Both the position numbers and the translations under genes were made by a program. Below the pieces are notes generated by a model. That model was not told the origin of the DNA, ran no database searches, and saw only the letters and a program-made list of their open reading frames with translations. Below are positions 18,605 through 28,156 of a stretch of DNA of 43,109 nucleotides, piece after piece. Numbering within the stretch: position 1 is the stretch's first letter; each line of letters begins with the position of its first letter. Origin of the DNA: Candidatus Omnitrophota bacterium (GTDB taxonomy: Bacteria > Ratteibacteria > UBA8468 > MWAK01); contig JAZDPL010000006.1 of NCBI GenBank assembly GCA_043797665.1, positions 1 through 43,109 on the forward strand, in the 5' to 3' direction.

Positions 18605-18931
18605 ATGGAAACGGTCTCTTCCCTGATTGAAATGGGCATTGACATCCTTCAGGCGCTCCAGTTTGATACCAGAGGGATGGACCCTGTGGTCTTAAAAGAG
18701 CAATACGGCAACCGCCTTTCTTTTGAAGGCGGCATCAGTGTCCAGAAAACGCTTCCGTTCGGAACTGCAGAAGATGTAAAAAAAGAAGTTTTAGAACGAA
18801 TACAGGTTCTGGGTAGAAACGGCGGATATATCCTGGGTCCTTCCCATGCAATCCAAACCGGGACCCCTCCGGAAAATATTGTCATGATGTTTGATACCGC
18901 CGGGAAGAGTGGGTCAATAATTTCTGATTAA
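18605..18931 (+). pseudogene. C-terminal fragment of a uroporphyrinogen decarboxylase (URO-D/MtaA-CmuA) family protein
   Basis: LIEMGIDIL, GGISVQKTLPFGT..V, GGYILGPSHAIQ..TPPENI; only about the last third of the barrel. Confidence 0.75.
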
Positions 18932-18981
18932 GCCGGAAAGCTAATTCCTGTCTTATATTATACCCTATCTTACCACCGAAC

Positions 18982-19033
18982 TTGACATTGTTTTTTATTC
19001 CTGGTATAATCTGTATATAGTATACAATATACA
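18982..19033 (+). promoter_or_regulatory. Consensus sigma70 promoter with GntR/FadR-type operator
   Basis: TTGACA(18982)-N17-TATAAT(19005) with extended TG; palindrome TGTATA-TAG-TATACA at 19012-19026 plus a further TATACA. Confidence 0.85.
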
Positions 19034-19702
19034 ATGAGTAAAGAAGAAAAGATAAACCGTCCCAACCTGAGTGACGAAGTATACCATGCTTTAGCCAGGA
19101 GAATTATTAAACAAAGGCTTCGGGCAGGCACAAGATTAGTTGAGAATGAAATGGCTGAAGACTTTGGTATCAGCCGAATCCCTATCCGGGAAGCACTGAA
19201 CCGTCTGGCCCAGGACGGCCTGATTGAATTGACCCCGAGAAAAGGAGCGCGAGTGAAGCAGCTGAAAATTCAGGATGTGGAGGAGGTATATGACCTGCGA
19301 CGGATACTGGAAAGTTTTGCCATAGAGAAAGCGGCTACTTCAATAAAGAAGGAGGAACTGAGTCAGATAAAGAGGCTTTTAAAAAAGAGCGAGGGTCCTT
19401 CAAAAAAGAGGTTGGAATACTTTCTTGATTCAGACCTCAGGCTCCATAGTTTGTTTATCAACTGCTGTAATAACGGCCGTTTAATTAAGATACTCAAAAA
19501 TCTTCACAATTTTATCAATAGTTTCCGTATCCTTGATGCCCAATATGAAGAAAGAATCAGACAGGCACACCAGGAACATAAAGATATTGTAAAGGCGCTG
19601 GTTGAAAAAGATGCCAGGCGGGCCAAATCCCTGATTGAAGAGCACATTGAAAATGCCAAGAGACATATTCTGACTGATTTTGAATTCCGGGAGGGGAGAT
19701 GA
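19034..19702 (+). CDS. GntR family regulator (FCD domain)
   Basis: GTRLVENEMAEDFGISRIPIREAL wHTH; DLRLH, EHKDIV, HIE in the FCD domain. Confidence 0.93.
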   Translation: MSKEEKINRPNLSDEVYHALARRIIKQRLRAGTRLVENEMAEDFGISRIPIREALNRLAQDGLIELTPRKGARVKQLKIQDVEEVYDLRRILESFAIEKAATSIKKEELSQIKRLLKKSEGPSKKRLEYFLDSDLRLHSLFINCCNNGRLIKILKNLHNFINSFRILDAQYEERIRQAHQEHKDIVKALVEKDARRAKSLIEEHIENAKRHILTDFEFREGR

Positions 19703-20481
19703 AACTGGAAGGGCAGGTGGGAATCGTTACCGGTGCAGGCTCCGGCATTGGTAAAGCCATTGCCTTAGCCATGGCAAAGGAAGGGGCGGATGTCGTCGTT
19801 GCGGATTGGAACCCCGAAATAGGGAAGAAAACCACGGAAATGGTCAAAACCATGGGAAGGAGCTCGCTATTCGTGAAGACAAACGCAAGTCAGGAGTCTG
19901 ATGTGGTGGCGATGACGAAAAAGGTGTTGGACCAGTTTGGGAAGATCGACATTCTGGTGAACAACGCCGGGATTATCCTTCCCAGGAAGATGGTAGAAAC
20001 GACTGTGGAAGAATGGGATAAGATTCTTAACAACAATTTAAAAAGTTGCTTCCTTTGCACCCGGGAGGTCGCCAAGATAATGATTGTAAAGAAGACCAAC
20101 GGGAAGATTATCAACATCTCTTCTATTCACGCTACCTTGTCAGAACCCAACGCCTGTTCCTATACCGCGGCGAAAGGAGGAATGGAAGCCTTCGCCCGGA
20201 CCTGTGCTACAGAACTGGCCCCCTACAAAATTCGTGTCAATACCATTGAGCCGGGAGCTACCTATACAGAATTGACCGTGCCGATGTATACGGAAGCCGT
20301 TAAAAAATCTCTTTACCGGCGGATTCCGATGAAAGAAATCGCCCAACCGGAATGGATTGCCAGTGTAGCGGTATTTTTGGCAAGTGACGACTCTCGCTAC
20401 ATGACCGGGACAGTTCTCACCGTAGATGGTGGTTATGTGATGGATGGCAGCCTGCCCGGCGCTGAATACTGGACGAAATAG
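19699..20481 (+). CDS. SDR family oxidoreductase
   Basis: TGAGSGIG, NNAG, YTAAK, DGG. Confidence 0.92.
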   Translation: MKLEGQVGIVTGAGSGIGKAIALAMAKEGADVVVADWNPEIGKKTTEMVKTMGRSSLFVKTNASQESDVVAMTKKVLDQFGKIDILVNNAGIILPRKMVETTVEEWDKILNNNLKSCFLCTREVAKIMIVKKTNGKIINISSIHATLSEPNACSYTAAKGGMEAFARTCATELAPYKIRVNTIEPGATYTELTVPMYTEAVKKSLYRRIPMKEIAQPEWIASVAVFLASDDSRYMTGTVLTVDGGYVMDGSLPGAEYWTK

Positions 20482-20587
20482 GAGCAGTATTTTAGAACCC
20501 CAGATATTGCCGGGAAAAAAAGTAAGCCAGTCGGAGGGATAATAGAATATCAGTCGGGAAAACTCCTGAAAAGGAGAAAGGAGAAAT

Positions 20588-21412
20588 ATGGTTAAGAAAA
20601 TACTAAAGAGGTTGCTTAATCCCTTCTGGATGGGATTAAGGGTAGGTAGGAGGGGTATTGACCCTTTTGAGACACGTTTCTATTTAAGGGGTAACGAACC
20701 ACACTTGTTAGCGGATAAAGACAGCCAATATGTCTGGACCAGACACAATCATGCCTTCACCTTGATAGAACTTTTGGTCGTCATCGCCATCATAGCGCTT
20801 CTGGCGGCGATGCTGCTGCCGGCGCTCAGTCAGGCAAGGGAAAAGGCCAGGCAGTCACAGTGTATGAACAACTTGAAACAAATCGGACTGGCTATCGTGA
20901 TGTATGCCAATGACTATGAGGATTGGATGCTTCCCAACAATCAGGTCGACGGTATCCCAAGTTTCTGGGTTAATGTCCTGTCGGGAAGGTACCTGCAAGG
21001 AACAGGCGGTGGCACAACGTGGCATAAAGCCTTCCACTGCCCTTCCGACCAGACACCTTACGATCACATCTGGACTGCCGGCAAAGAAAAATTGAGCTAC
21101 GGTTACAACAACTCGATGGGTGATGCAGAATACTATATTTGGTGGCCTGCGCTGCAGAATAGGCATTCCTTCAAAAAGATGGGGTATGTCCCACCAGACA
21201 CTGCACTGGTAACAGAAGTAGGGATTGATCAGTCTACCTCCACTTACTATATGCGTTGGAACGTTACCAACTATAACGCAGATTCCCTCATGAGTTTTCC
21301 CCACGCTGGGAATAAGATCGCCAATGTCCTCTTCATTGATGGTCATGTGGAATCGGTCTCAACTTCGCAGGCATCATCGTGGGTTTGGCCCAAGTGGTTG
21401 GTTTTCCAGTAA
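20588..21412 (+). CDS. Prepilin-type N-terminal cleavage/methylation and H-X9-DG domain protein (DUF1559-like)
   Basis: [59 protein letters not shown]; unusually long leader. Confidence 0.9.
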   Translation: MVKKILKRLLNPFWMGLRVGRRGIDPFETRFYLRGNEPHLLADKDSQYVWTRHNHAFTLIELLVVIAIIALLAAMLLPALSQAREKARQSQCMNNLKQIGLAIVMYANDYEDWMLPNNQVDGIPSFWVNVLSGRYLQGTGGGTTWHKAFHCPSDQTPYDHIWTAGKEKLSYGYNNSMGDAEYYIWWPALQNRHSFKKMGYVPPDTALVTEVGIDQSTSTYYMRWNVTNYNADSLMSFPHAGNKIANVLFIDGHVESVSTSQASSWVWPKWLVFQ

Positions 21413-21444
21413 ACAGGGTTTTATTATGAAAGGGAAGGAGGATT

Positions 21445-23778
21445 ATGGGTAGGTTTTGCAATTTAGGAACAATATTTGTTTTTATGGCACTGGCACTGCC
21501 ACTGCGGGCAGGAGAACTTGTCCTAGCGGAAAAGGGAACAGTATATACAATTGTCGTATCGGGTAATGCGATTAAACCGGAGACCTATGCGGCTGAGGAA
21601 TTGGCAGGTTATCTCAAGAAAGTAACCGGGGTGCCGTTTCGTGTAGTAAAAGATGTTACCAGTGTGGATAAATACAGGATTATTGTGGGCCAAAACGCTC
21701 TCTCCAGAAAGATACTGGGTGAAGAGACGATATCCGGGCTGGCGGAAGAAGAGTTTATTATCAGAACCGAAGGCAGTGACCTGCTGATTGTCGGCGGGAG
21801 ACCAAGAGGTACGTTGTACGGAGTTTACGAGTTTTTGGAGAAGTATGTGGGGTGTCGCTTTCTTAACTGGTGGGGAGAGGAGTATGTGCCGCAGAGGGAG
21901 AATCTTGCCGTAAGCACCATTGATAGACGTCAGTCGCCGGCTTTCCGCGTACGGGACATCGTCGTTCACACCAATCCCTATGCCAACCGGGAAGTTCTCC
22001 GCAACTTCTTGGTTCGTAACCGTTGTCAGGGACCCGAACTGAATTTCACCGGCGGTATGGACACTTATGGAGGGACTACCCACACCTATGTGGTGCCTCC
22101 TCACATAGTACACACGTCCTTCTGGCTTATAAGCCCCCTTGATGGTCAGATTCCTGACATTTTTGCAAAGCATCCTGAGTACTTCACTTTCAACGGTTCC
22201 AAACGTACACCCAGTCAGCTCTGCTTCTCCAATCCTGGGGTTAGAAAGATTCTGACCGAGAGGATTCTGGACAGGTTTGAAGAGGTTGGGGGAAAAGGCA
22301 CTCTCTCCCTTTCAGCGCAGGATTCTTCCTCTGGACCGCTCTGTGAATGTCCTGACTGTCTGGAACTGATTGAGCGGGAACATACCCCAGGGGCTCCGCT
22401 ATTTGACTTTCTGGCAGAACTGGGCCCTATTCTCAAGCGCAAGTACCCGGAAGCGTTCATTTCAACGATAGCGTATCGCAGAGCACAGACAGAGGTGCCG
22501 CCGCAGAACATTACCCTGCCGGAGAACGTAATCATTATCTTTGCTCCTATCGACAACAACTTTGGGGCTCCTTTTGAGGACCAGTCAAACGAAGAAACCT
22601 TTGAAAATATTAAGGCCTGGACGTCAGCAACCAAACACCTCTGGGTCTGGTACTATACAAACCCTTATTGTGAGGTCCTTCCCATAGGGAACCTTGAAAA
22701 TACTGCCAAAGACTTTCGGTTTTTCCGAAAAATCGGCGTGGAAGGATTCTTCCTGCAACATGATGCCGGTGTCGCTGAGTCGTATCGCCTTGCGGATTTG
22801 CAGACGTGGCTATTAACCAAACTGATGTGGAACCCGGACCAGAATTTCAATACACTCATAGAAGATTTCACCAATCATTTCTATGGTAAGGCCGCTCCTT
22901 TTATCCGGAAATATCTCTACGCATTGGAAAAAGCGACTCAAGAAATGACCACCCCCATGTCCTGGCGTGCGCCAGCCGGTGAATATCGTTTTCTGACGCC
23001 AGAGTTCCTGGTCGCCTTACAGAAAACCTTTGCTCAGGCGGAAGAAGTGGTTCTCAATGATCCGGTTCTCCTGCTCCGCGTCAGGCAGGCCAGAATGAGT
23101 CTGGACCGCGCATCTATCCTCTTCTGGGGAAAGCTTGCGGCCATTCCGAATTCAGGATTAGAACGTAAAGAAATAGCCCGGCGTTACCGTGACACCTATC
23201 AGAAGACGATTGAAAAAATACCGCAAAACAGGCCAGACGCTTCCGGAGTGGAAGATTTTCTCAGGCCGCGGTTGATGATGAATCCGACGCTCAAACCCTT
23301 GCCTGCCCCACTCAATGAAATTCCCGAAGGGAAGGCCCAACAGGTGACTCCGGATTTTGCAATCGAGCTCTCTGCTTACTTCCCTCCTGCAACGATCGAA
23401 AAAGACCCAGACTCGGCTGCCGGAATAACCGTAGCCAGAGTGCCCGGAAGCGAACTTCCCTTCAACTTAGGTTATTATGACGAAATCACCAAACGACAAC
23501 TGCACCGCAACATAACGGAGAACGAAATATGTTCCAGCGGCTACAATCTTTATAAGATTGGCCGAACAACCTTGAACGAACAGTGTACAGTCTGGATAGG
23601 TAGTTCCTGGGTACCACAGTTTCCTGTATCTGCTTTTTACGATGTTCAGGACCCGGAAAAAGAATGGGACATTTACGCCTCTCTCCGGTTTGAAGGACCA
23701 ACCTACCCTCACGGTCAAAAGGGTACGGTCGACCGGGTCTTTGTGGACCGAGTGGTGCTGGTTCCAGTCGGGGAGTGA
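21445..23778 (+). CDS. Secreted DUF4838-like putative glycoside hydrolase (GH20/GH67-type N-terminal domain)
   Basis: Signal peptide; AAEELAGYLKKVTG, RGTLYGVYEFLE..GCRF, HPEYF, QLCFSNP, CECPDC, LMWNP. Confidence 0.75.
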   Translation: MGRFCNLGTIFVFMALALPLRAGELVLAEKGTVYTIVVSGNAIKPETYAAEELAGYLKKVTGVPFRVVKDVTSVDKYRIIVGQNALSRKILGEETISGLAEEEFIIRTEGSDLLIVGGRPRGTLYGVYEFLEKYVGCRFLNWWGEEYVPQRENLAVSTIDRRQSPAFRVRDIVVHTNPYANREVLRNFLVRNRCQGPELNFTGGMDTYGGTTHTYVVPPHIVHTSFWLISPLDGQIPDIFAKHPEYFTFNGSKRTPSQLCFSNPGVRKILTERILDRFEEVGGKGTLSLSAQDSSSGPLCECPDCLELIEREHTPGAPLFDFLAELGPILKRKYPEAFISTIAYRRAQTEVPPQNITLPENVIIIFAPIDNNFGAPFEDQSNEETFENIKAWTSATKHLWVWYYTNPYCEVLPIGNLENTAKDFRFFRKIGVEGFFLQHDAGVAESYRLADLQTWLLTKLMWNPDQNFNTLIEDFTNHFYGKAAPFIRKYLYALEKATQEMTTPMSWRAPAGEYRFLTPEFLVALQKTFAQAEEVVLNDPVLLLRVRQARMSLDRASILFWGKLAAIPNSGLERKEIARRYRDTYQKTIEKIPQNRPDASGVEDFLRPRLMMNPTLKPLPAPLNEIPEGKAQQVTPDFAIELSAYFPPATIEKDPDSAAGITVARVPGSELPFNLGYYDEITKRQLHRNITENEICSSGYNLYKIGRTTLNEQCTVWIGSSWVPQFPVSAFYDVQDPEKEWDIYASLRFEGPTYPHGQKGTVDRVFVDRVVLVPVGE

Positions 23779-23815
23779 AGAAGCAGATAAGATGGCTGAT
23801 ATGGAAAGGAGAAAA

Positions 23816-23890
23816 ATGGTTAAGAAGATGCTGAAGCGGATGGTTAACCCCAAAAACCACCAATATGTGTGGACTAAACACAATGGTTAA
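23816..23890 (+). pseudogene. 5' remnant (RBS and leader only) of a paralogous prepilin-type gene
   Basis: MVKKMLKRMVNPKNHQYVWTKHNG* matches the leader of the 20588 gene, with the same GAAAGGAGAAA RBS. Confidence 0.7.
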
Positions 23891-25931
23891 AGTAGATATA
23901 AATACGGGAAAACTCTTTTCCGCAAAGATGAAGATGGTCTTTGCCGATAGACCTTATTGCTACGGGTTATCCGGTCGGATAATGGGGAAAGGACAAAGGT
24001 TTGATAGTGCGGTTCTGCTGGAGAAAAGATGCCGGTTAAGGAAGGATACGATAACCATCTCGGGATGTCTCTTAAATGGTTGTATCCAGTTTTCCCAGGT
24101 TTTCCGTCAGGAGGAAGACCATCTGGAAGAAGTGATAATGCTTAAGAACGCCGGCGCAGAACCGATAGAAATATATAATATCAAACTGGGATTTACGGCA
24201 GACATAACAATTCGGCCAGAATGGCGGTTCTGCGCTATCCCTTTCCGCGTTCAGCTGGACGGCAGCATGCACGATTACTCAACCGAAGCACTGGTTAACG
24301 GCAAATTCGGCAATGCAGTGTACACCGACAAGACGCGTCCCGAACCTCCCCTGGCCGACAAGGGGTGTCTGTGGTCTGAGGCCTGGACCTGGGGCACCAA
24401 TAAACAAGGTCTGGTCATAATCAAGTACAACAATAAGGATATTGAACTGTCCGTGGCCCACGTTCAAAGGGAAGGTGGAAAATCGACTCTGCGTTTTGGC
24501 GGCGCAGGTTTTTCCTTGTACGGAGAACCTTCAGCCGCCAGATCCTTGGCTCCAGGCGAAACTGTCGTTTTCGGAACCACCCTTTATTATCCCTTTGAAG
24601 GCGGTCTCACCCGGGCGTTCACCTGCTACCGAAAGTTTCTCGACTCCAGAGGGCATGGATTTCCAAAAAAATACAATCCGCCGGTAAACTGGAATGAATT
24701 GTATGACATAGGATGGTTCCACTCGGATGCCAAGTCGCTGAAAAAGCACTATACCCGCCAGGCTCTGCTCCGGGAAGCCGAGAAAGCAAAGGCCTGCGGC
24801 TGCGAACTGCTTTATCTTGACCCCGGCTGGGAGAAAGCGGAAGGAACAACCCTGTGGGATGAATCCCGGCTGGGAAAAGTTTCCGGATTGGTAAAGACCT
24901 TAAGAAAAAATTACGATCTTAACCTGGGATACCGGACGATATTGCGGTGTTATAAAGACCACTGGCCGCAGAAGTATCTGGTTAAACACTCCCCGGGAGA
25001 AGAGTCGGGCCGGGCGATAAAATCAGGGGAGCAAATATTCTGGGAACCTTGTCTGTGCAATGAGGAATTCCGGCAGAAAAAGTTGCAACGCATCCTTAAA
25101 ATATCAAAGAATGGCATCCGTTTCATGATGTTTGATGAAATGGACTGGCGTGGTCCTTGTTACGACCCCACCCACGGCCATACCGTTCCAACGTCTCCTT
25201 TGGACCACATATCGGCTGTTTATGCCCTGTCCGAAGAGGTACGTAAGCAATGTCCGGGTCTTATTGCCGAGGTTCACGACCCGGTCTGGCCCTGGCTCAT
25301 TTCAAGATACGCACCCACATACTTCCGACAGGGGTTTGGAAAAAACGGTTCTTACGATGAAAACTGGGGTTTTGAATATATGTGGGACTGCATCAATGAT
25401 TTAAAATCTGGTAAAGCCCTGGCGTTGTATTACTACAACCTTGGCTGTAACGTCCCCCTTTATCTTCACATTACCATGGCCGCCGATAATGACCAGTGTC
25501 TCTTCTTCTGGTGGGCTGCCTCCACGGTGAGACACCTGGGAATCGGCGGAAAACAGAGTCACAAATCCATAGAACCCCCGGAGGGATTTCCTGCATATAA
25601 CCCTGAAAAACGCTTCGCCGCCTACAAAAATCAGATGAAAACATACCGGAAACTCAAACCTTATTTTACAAGAGGTGAATTTCACGGTCTGGCGGAAAAC
25701 ATTCATCTACATACCATTCCAAAAGCGAAAGGAGGGGTCGTCGTCGTTTTCAATCTGGAAGAAACTGAAGAAAAAATCGAGTTTTTTATTCCGGCTGAAT
25801 TACTGGGCGGGATGTCCAAAATGGCCGTGAGAGGCGCAGAAGCAGAATGGACGGAAAAAGGGGTGAAACTTCAATTGAATCTGCCGGGGATGTCTCCGGG
25901 TGTGATATACATCGCGTCTTCCAATAAATAG
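23883..25931 (+). CDS. Putative glycoside hydrolase, GH36/alpha-galactosidase-like
   Basis: beta-sandwich N-terminus, then NWNE, LYLDPGW, WEPCL, FMMFDEMDW barrel motifs; ATG 23883 preferred over GTG 23865. Confidence 0.55.
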   Translation: MVKVDINTGKLFSAKMKMVFADRPYCYGLSGRIMGKGQRFDSAVLLEKRCRLRKDTITISGCLLNGCIQFSQVFRQEEDHLEEVIMLKNAGAEPIEIYNIKLGFTADITIRPEWRFCAIPFRVQLDGSMHDYSTEALVNGKFGNAVYTDKTRPEPPLADKGCLWSEAWTWGTNKQGLVIIKYNNKDIELSVAHVQREGGKSTLRFGGAGFSLYGEPSAARSLAPGETVVFGTTLYYPFEGGLTRAFTCYRKFLDSRGHGFPKKYNPPVNWNELYDIGWFHSDAKSLKKHYTRQALLREAEKAKACGCELLYLDPGWEKAEGTTLWDESRLGKVSGLVKTLRKNYDLNLGYRTILRCYKDHWPQKYLVKHSPGEESGRAIKSGEQIFWEPCLCNEEFRQKKLQRILKISKNGIRFMMFDEMDWRGPCYDPTHGHTVPTSPLDHISAVYALSEEVRKQCPGLIAEVHDPVWPWLISRYAPTYFRQGFGKNGSYDENWGFEYMWDCINDLKSGKALALYYYNLGCNVPLYLHITMAADNDQCLFFWWAASTVRHLGIGGKQSHKSIEPPEGFPAYNPEKRFAAYKNQMKTYRKLKPYFTRGEFHGLAENIHLHTIPKAKGGVVVVFNLEETEEKIEFFIPAELLGGMSKMAVRGAEAEWTEKGVKLQLNLPGMSPGVIYIASSNK

Positions 25932-26069
25932 ATATATCGGAGTAAAATATGATGAATAAGACAGGATGTTAGGCTAAAATATCTCTTTTTGATGGACAAA
26001 TGGAGGATTCCATATGAATTCTATTGACATTTTAAGTAAGCAAAGGCCGAATACACTGTTTATAGAAAC

Positions 26070-27107
26070 ATGAAGGCGATTCGTATTCATGGGCCAAATG
26101 ACGTGAGATTTGAAGAGGTATCTATGCCTGAAGTTAGACCAGATGATGTCCTAATTCGAGTGAGGGCAGCAGGTATTTGTGGTACTGACCTTGAATTGTG
26201 TGACGGGACGATGTTTTATATTACAAGTGGCATGACAAAATTACCCATTATTCCAGGCCATGAATGGTCTGGTGAGGTAGTAGAAATCGGCTCTAATGTG
26301 AAGGGATTCAATGTTGCTGATAAAGTTACTGGAGAATGTTCTGTTGGGTGTCGTTCTTGTTTATATTGTATTCGTGGGTGGTATAACCAGTGTCAGTTTC
26401 GTACAGAGACAGGAATATTGAACCGTGACGGTGGTTTTGCCGAGTATATCGCATTTCCCAAACAATTTTTGCACAAATGCAATGGCCTGGAATACGATGA
26501 AGCTGCTTTCATAGAACCGACAGGCATTGCACTTTATCCGACAAAGTTAACCAAGATATCACCTCAAGATCATGTTGCTATTATGGGACCAGGTCCGATT
26601 GGTCTATTTGCAGTGCAAACTGCCAAGGCGTATGGTGCACGCAAGGTGATTCTCGTTGGCACAAATGAGGTTCGCTTGGCAATTGGCAAACAAATAGGTG
26701 CAGACGTAACGATTAATATAAATACAGAAAATCTTGTTGAAAAGGTGAAAGAGGCAACAGATGGGCATATGGTAGATGTAGTTATTGAAGCAGTTGGCAA
26801 GCCTAAGGTATGGGATAATATCGCTTCAATCATCGCGCCACGTGCACGTATTGGCATGACCGGACTTTTTGCCGGCAAAAAATGCAATGTTGACTTTGAC
26901 CCATTGGTTGTCAACAACATAACCATTTTTGGATGTTTGGGTGGTCCGAGTCTATGGGATGAAGCAATTGACCTGCATGAACGTAAGTTAGTAACGGCCA
27001 AACCATTGATAACACATCATTTGCCATTGGAAGATTTTGAAAAGGGGATAGAGATTATGCGCCGTCGGATAGACAATGCTATAAAGGTAGTAATAGAACC
27101 ATGTTAA
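26070..27107 (+). CDS. Zn-dependent alcohol/sugar-alcohol dehydrogenase
   Basis: GICGTD, PGHEWSG, C-x2-C-x2-C-x7-C, EP, GPGPIG. Confidence 0.92.
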   Translation: MKAIRIHGPNDVRFEEVSMPEVRPDDVLIRVRAAGICGTDLELCDGTMFYITSGMTKLPIIPGHEWSGEVVEIGSNVKGFNVADKVTGECSVGCRSCLYCIRGWYNQCQFRTETGILNRDGGFAEYIAFPKQFLHKCNGLEYDEAAFIEPTGIALYPTKLTKISPQDHVAIMGPGPIGLFAVQTAKAYGARKVILVGTNEVRLAIGKQIGADVTININTENLVEKVKEATDGHMVDVVIEAVGKPKVWDNIASIIAPRARIGMTGLFAGKKCNVDFDPLVVNNITIFGCLGGPSLWDEAIDLHERKLVTAKPLITHHLPLEDFEKGIEIMRRRIDNAIKVVIEPC

Positions 27108-28057
27108 AAATAACCTCCTTTTCTCACATTCGAGGATTTAATTATCAACCCAGCTATGGGAGTCACGGTTTGGAAATCTGGGGAGAAAAGTTCAATGCCT
27201 CCAAAATCGAAAGAGAAATATTCCTTGGGAAAAAATATTTTCCAAGAATAAACACTATTCGACTGTGGCTTTCTCATGACGCATTTATTAGGAATCCTAT
27301 CACCTTTACTCGCAATTTTGAGATAGTCTTAAAAATTGGAGAAAAATATGGTTTGTCTTTTATTCCAGTGCTCTTTAATGGATGGCATAGTTACCCTGAT
27401 TTTGGTGGTATATCACCTGAGCAGATTTTCTACTGGGGTAGCGAATTAAATTTCTTCAAGAAGGTCTACTTTTCGTATCTTAAAGCAATAGTTTCGCGAT
27501 ACAGAAGAGACGAAAGAATCTTGCTTTGGGACCTTTGCAATGAACCATTTAATAGCGCTCCAAGTCAGGAGGCAAAAGATATCATACTCAGATGGCTGAC
27601 AAAAATCTACTATACGTGCAAGAAATTTGGGGTCAAATCTCCTATTTGCGTTGGTTCTATACCCGGTATCGATGCTATCAAATTGGTTGAACCCATTTCG
27701 GATGTCATTACTTTCCATCCATACTATGCCTGGAATGCGTGGGTAAAAAGTAAAAAAGACTTCAAAAATTTCTTGGATGAATCCGTGGTTTTTGCAAACA
27801 AGGTTAACAAACCGTTACTTGCCACGGAAACGGGTTGGGGTTCGCTCAACGATAAACAGCGTTCAGAGACACTAATTTTTGAACTCAAAGAATTAAAAAA
27901 AAGAAACATTGGATGGACAGCGCATTTATTACATCACACGTTGGTTGCCGATGGACACAAACTAAAATTTGGTCCGATAAGTGCAGCGGGGTACATGGCC
28001 TTTATAGAACTAAACGGTTCACTTCGACCTTATCATGAGGTGTATAACGAATATTAA
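27101..28057 (+). CDS. GH5/GH-A clan glycoside hydrolase
   Basis: RGFNY, NTIRLWL, WDLCNEP (acid/base), TFHPY, LATETG (nucleophile). Confidence 0.8.
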   Translation: MLKITSFSHIRGFNYQPSYGSHGLEIWGEKFNASKIEREIFLGKKYFPRINTIRLWLSHDAFIRNPITFTRNFEIVLKIGEKYGLSFIPVLFNGWHSYPDFGGISPEQIFYWGSELNFFKKVYFSYLKAIVSRYRRDERILLWDLCNEPFNSAPSQEAKDIILRWLTKIYYTCKKFGVKSPICVGSIPGIDAIKLVEPISDVITFHPYYAWNAWVKSKKDFKNFLDESVVFANKVNKPLLATETGWGSLNDKQRSETLIFELKELKKRNIGWTAHLLHHTLVADGHKLKFGPISAAGYMAFIELNGSLRPYHEVYNEY

Positions 28058-28156
28058 AAATGGAACACACGACTGCTCCGTGACACTCCTTTCCGTTACC
28101 ACACTATGGTGGTTATCCAGGTAAGGGAATAACCCGAATATGAGAAAGAGGTGAAG

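Noticed and set aside
28058..28150. Possible riboswitch or sRNA in the intergenic gap
   Set aside because: Only a weak short hairpin; no recognisable aptamer motif
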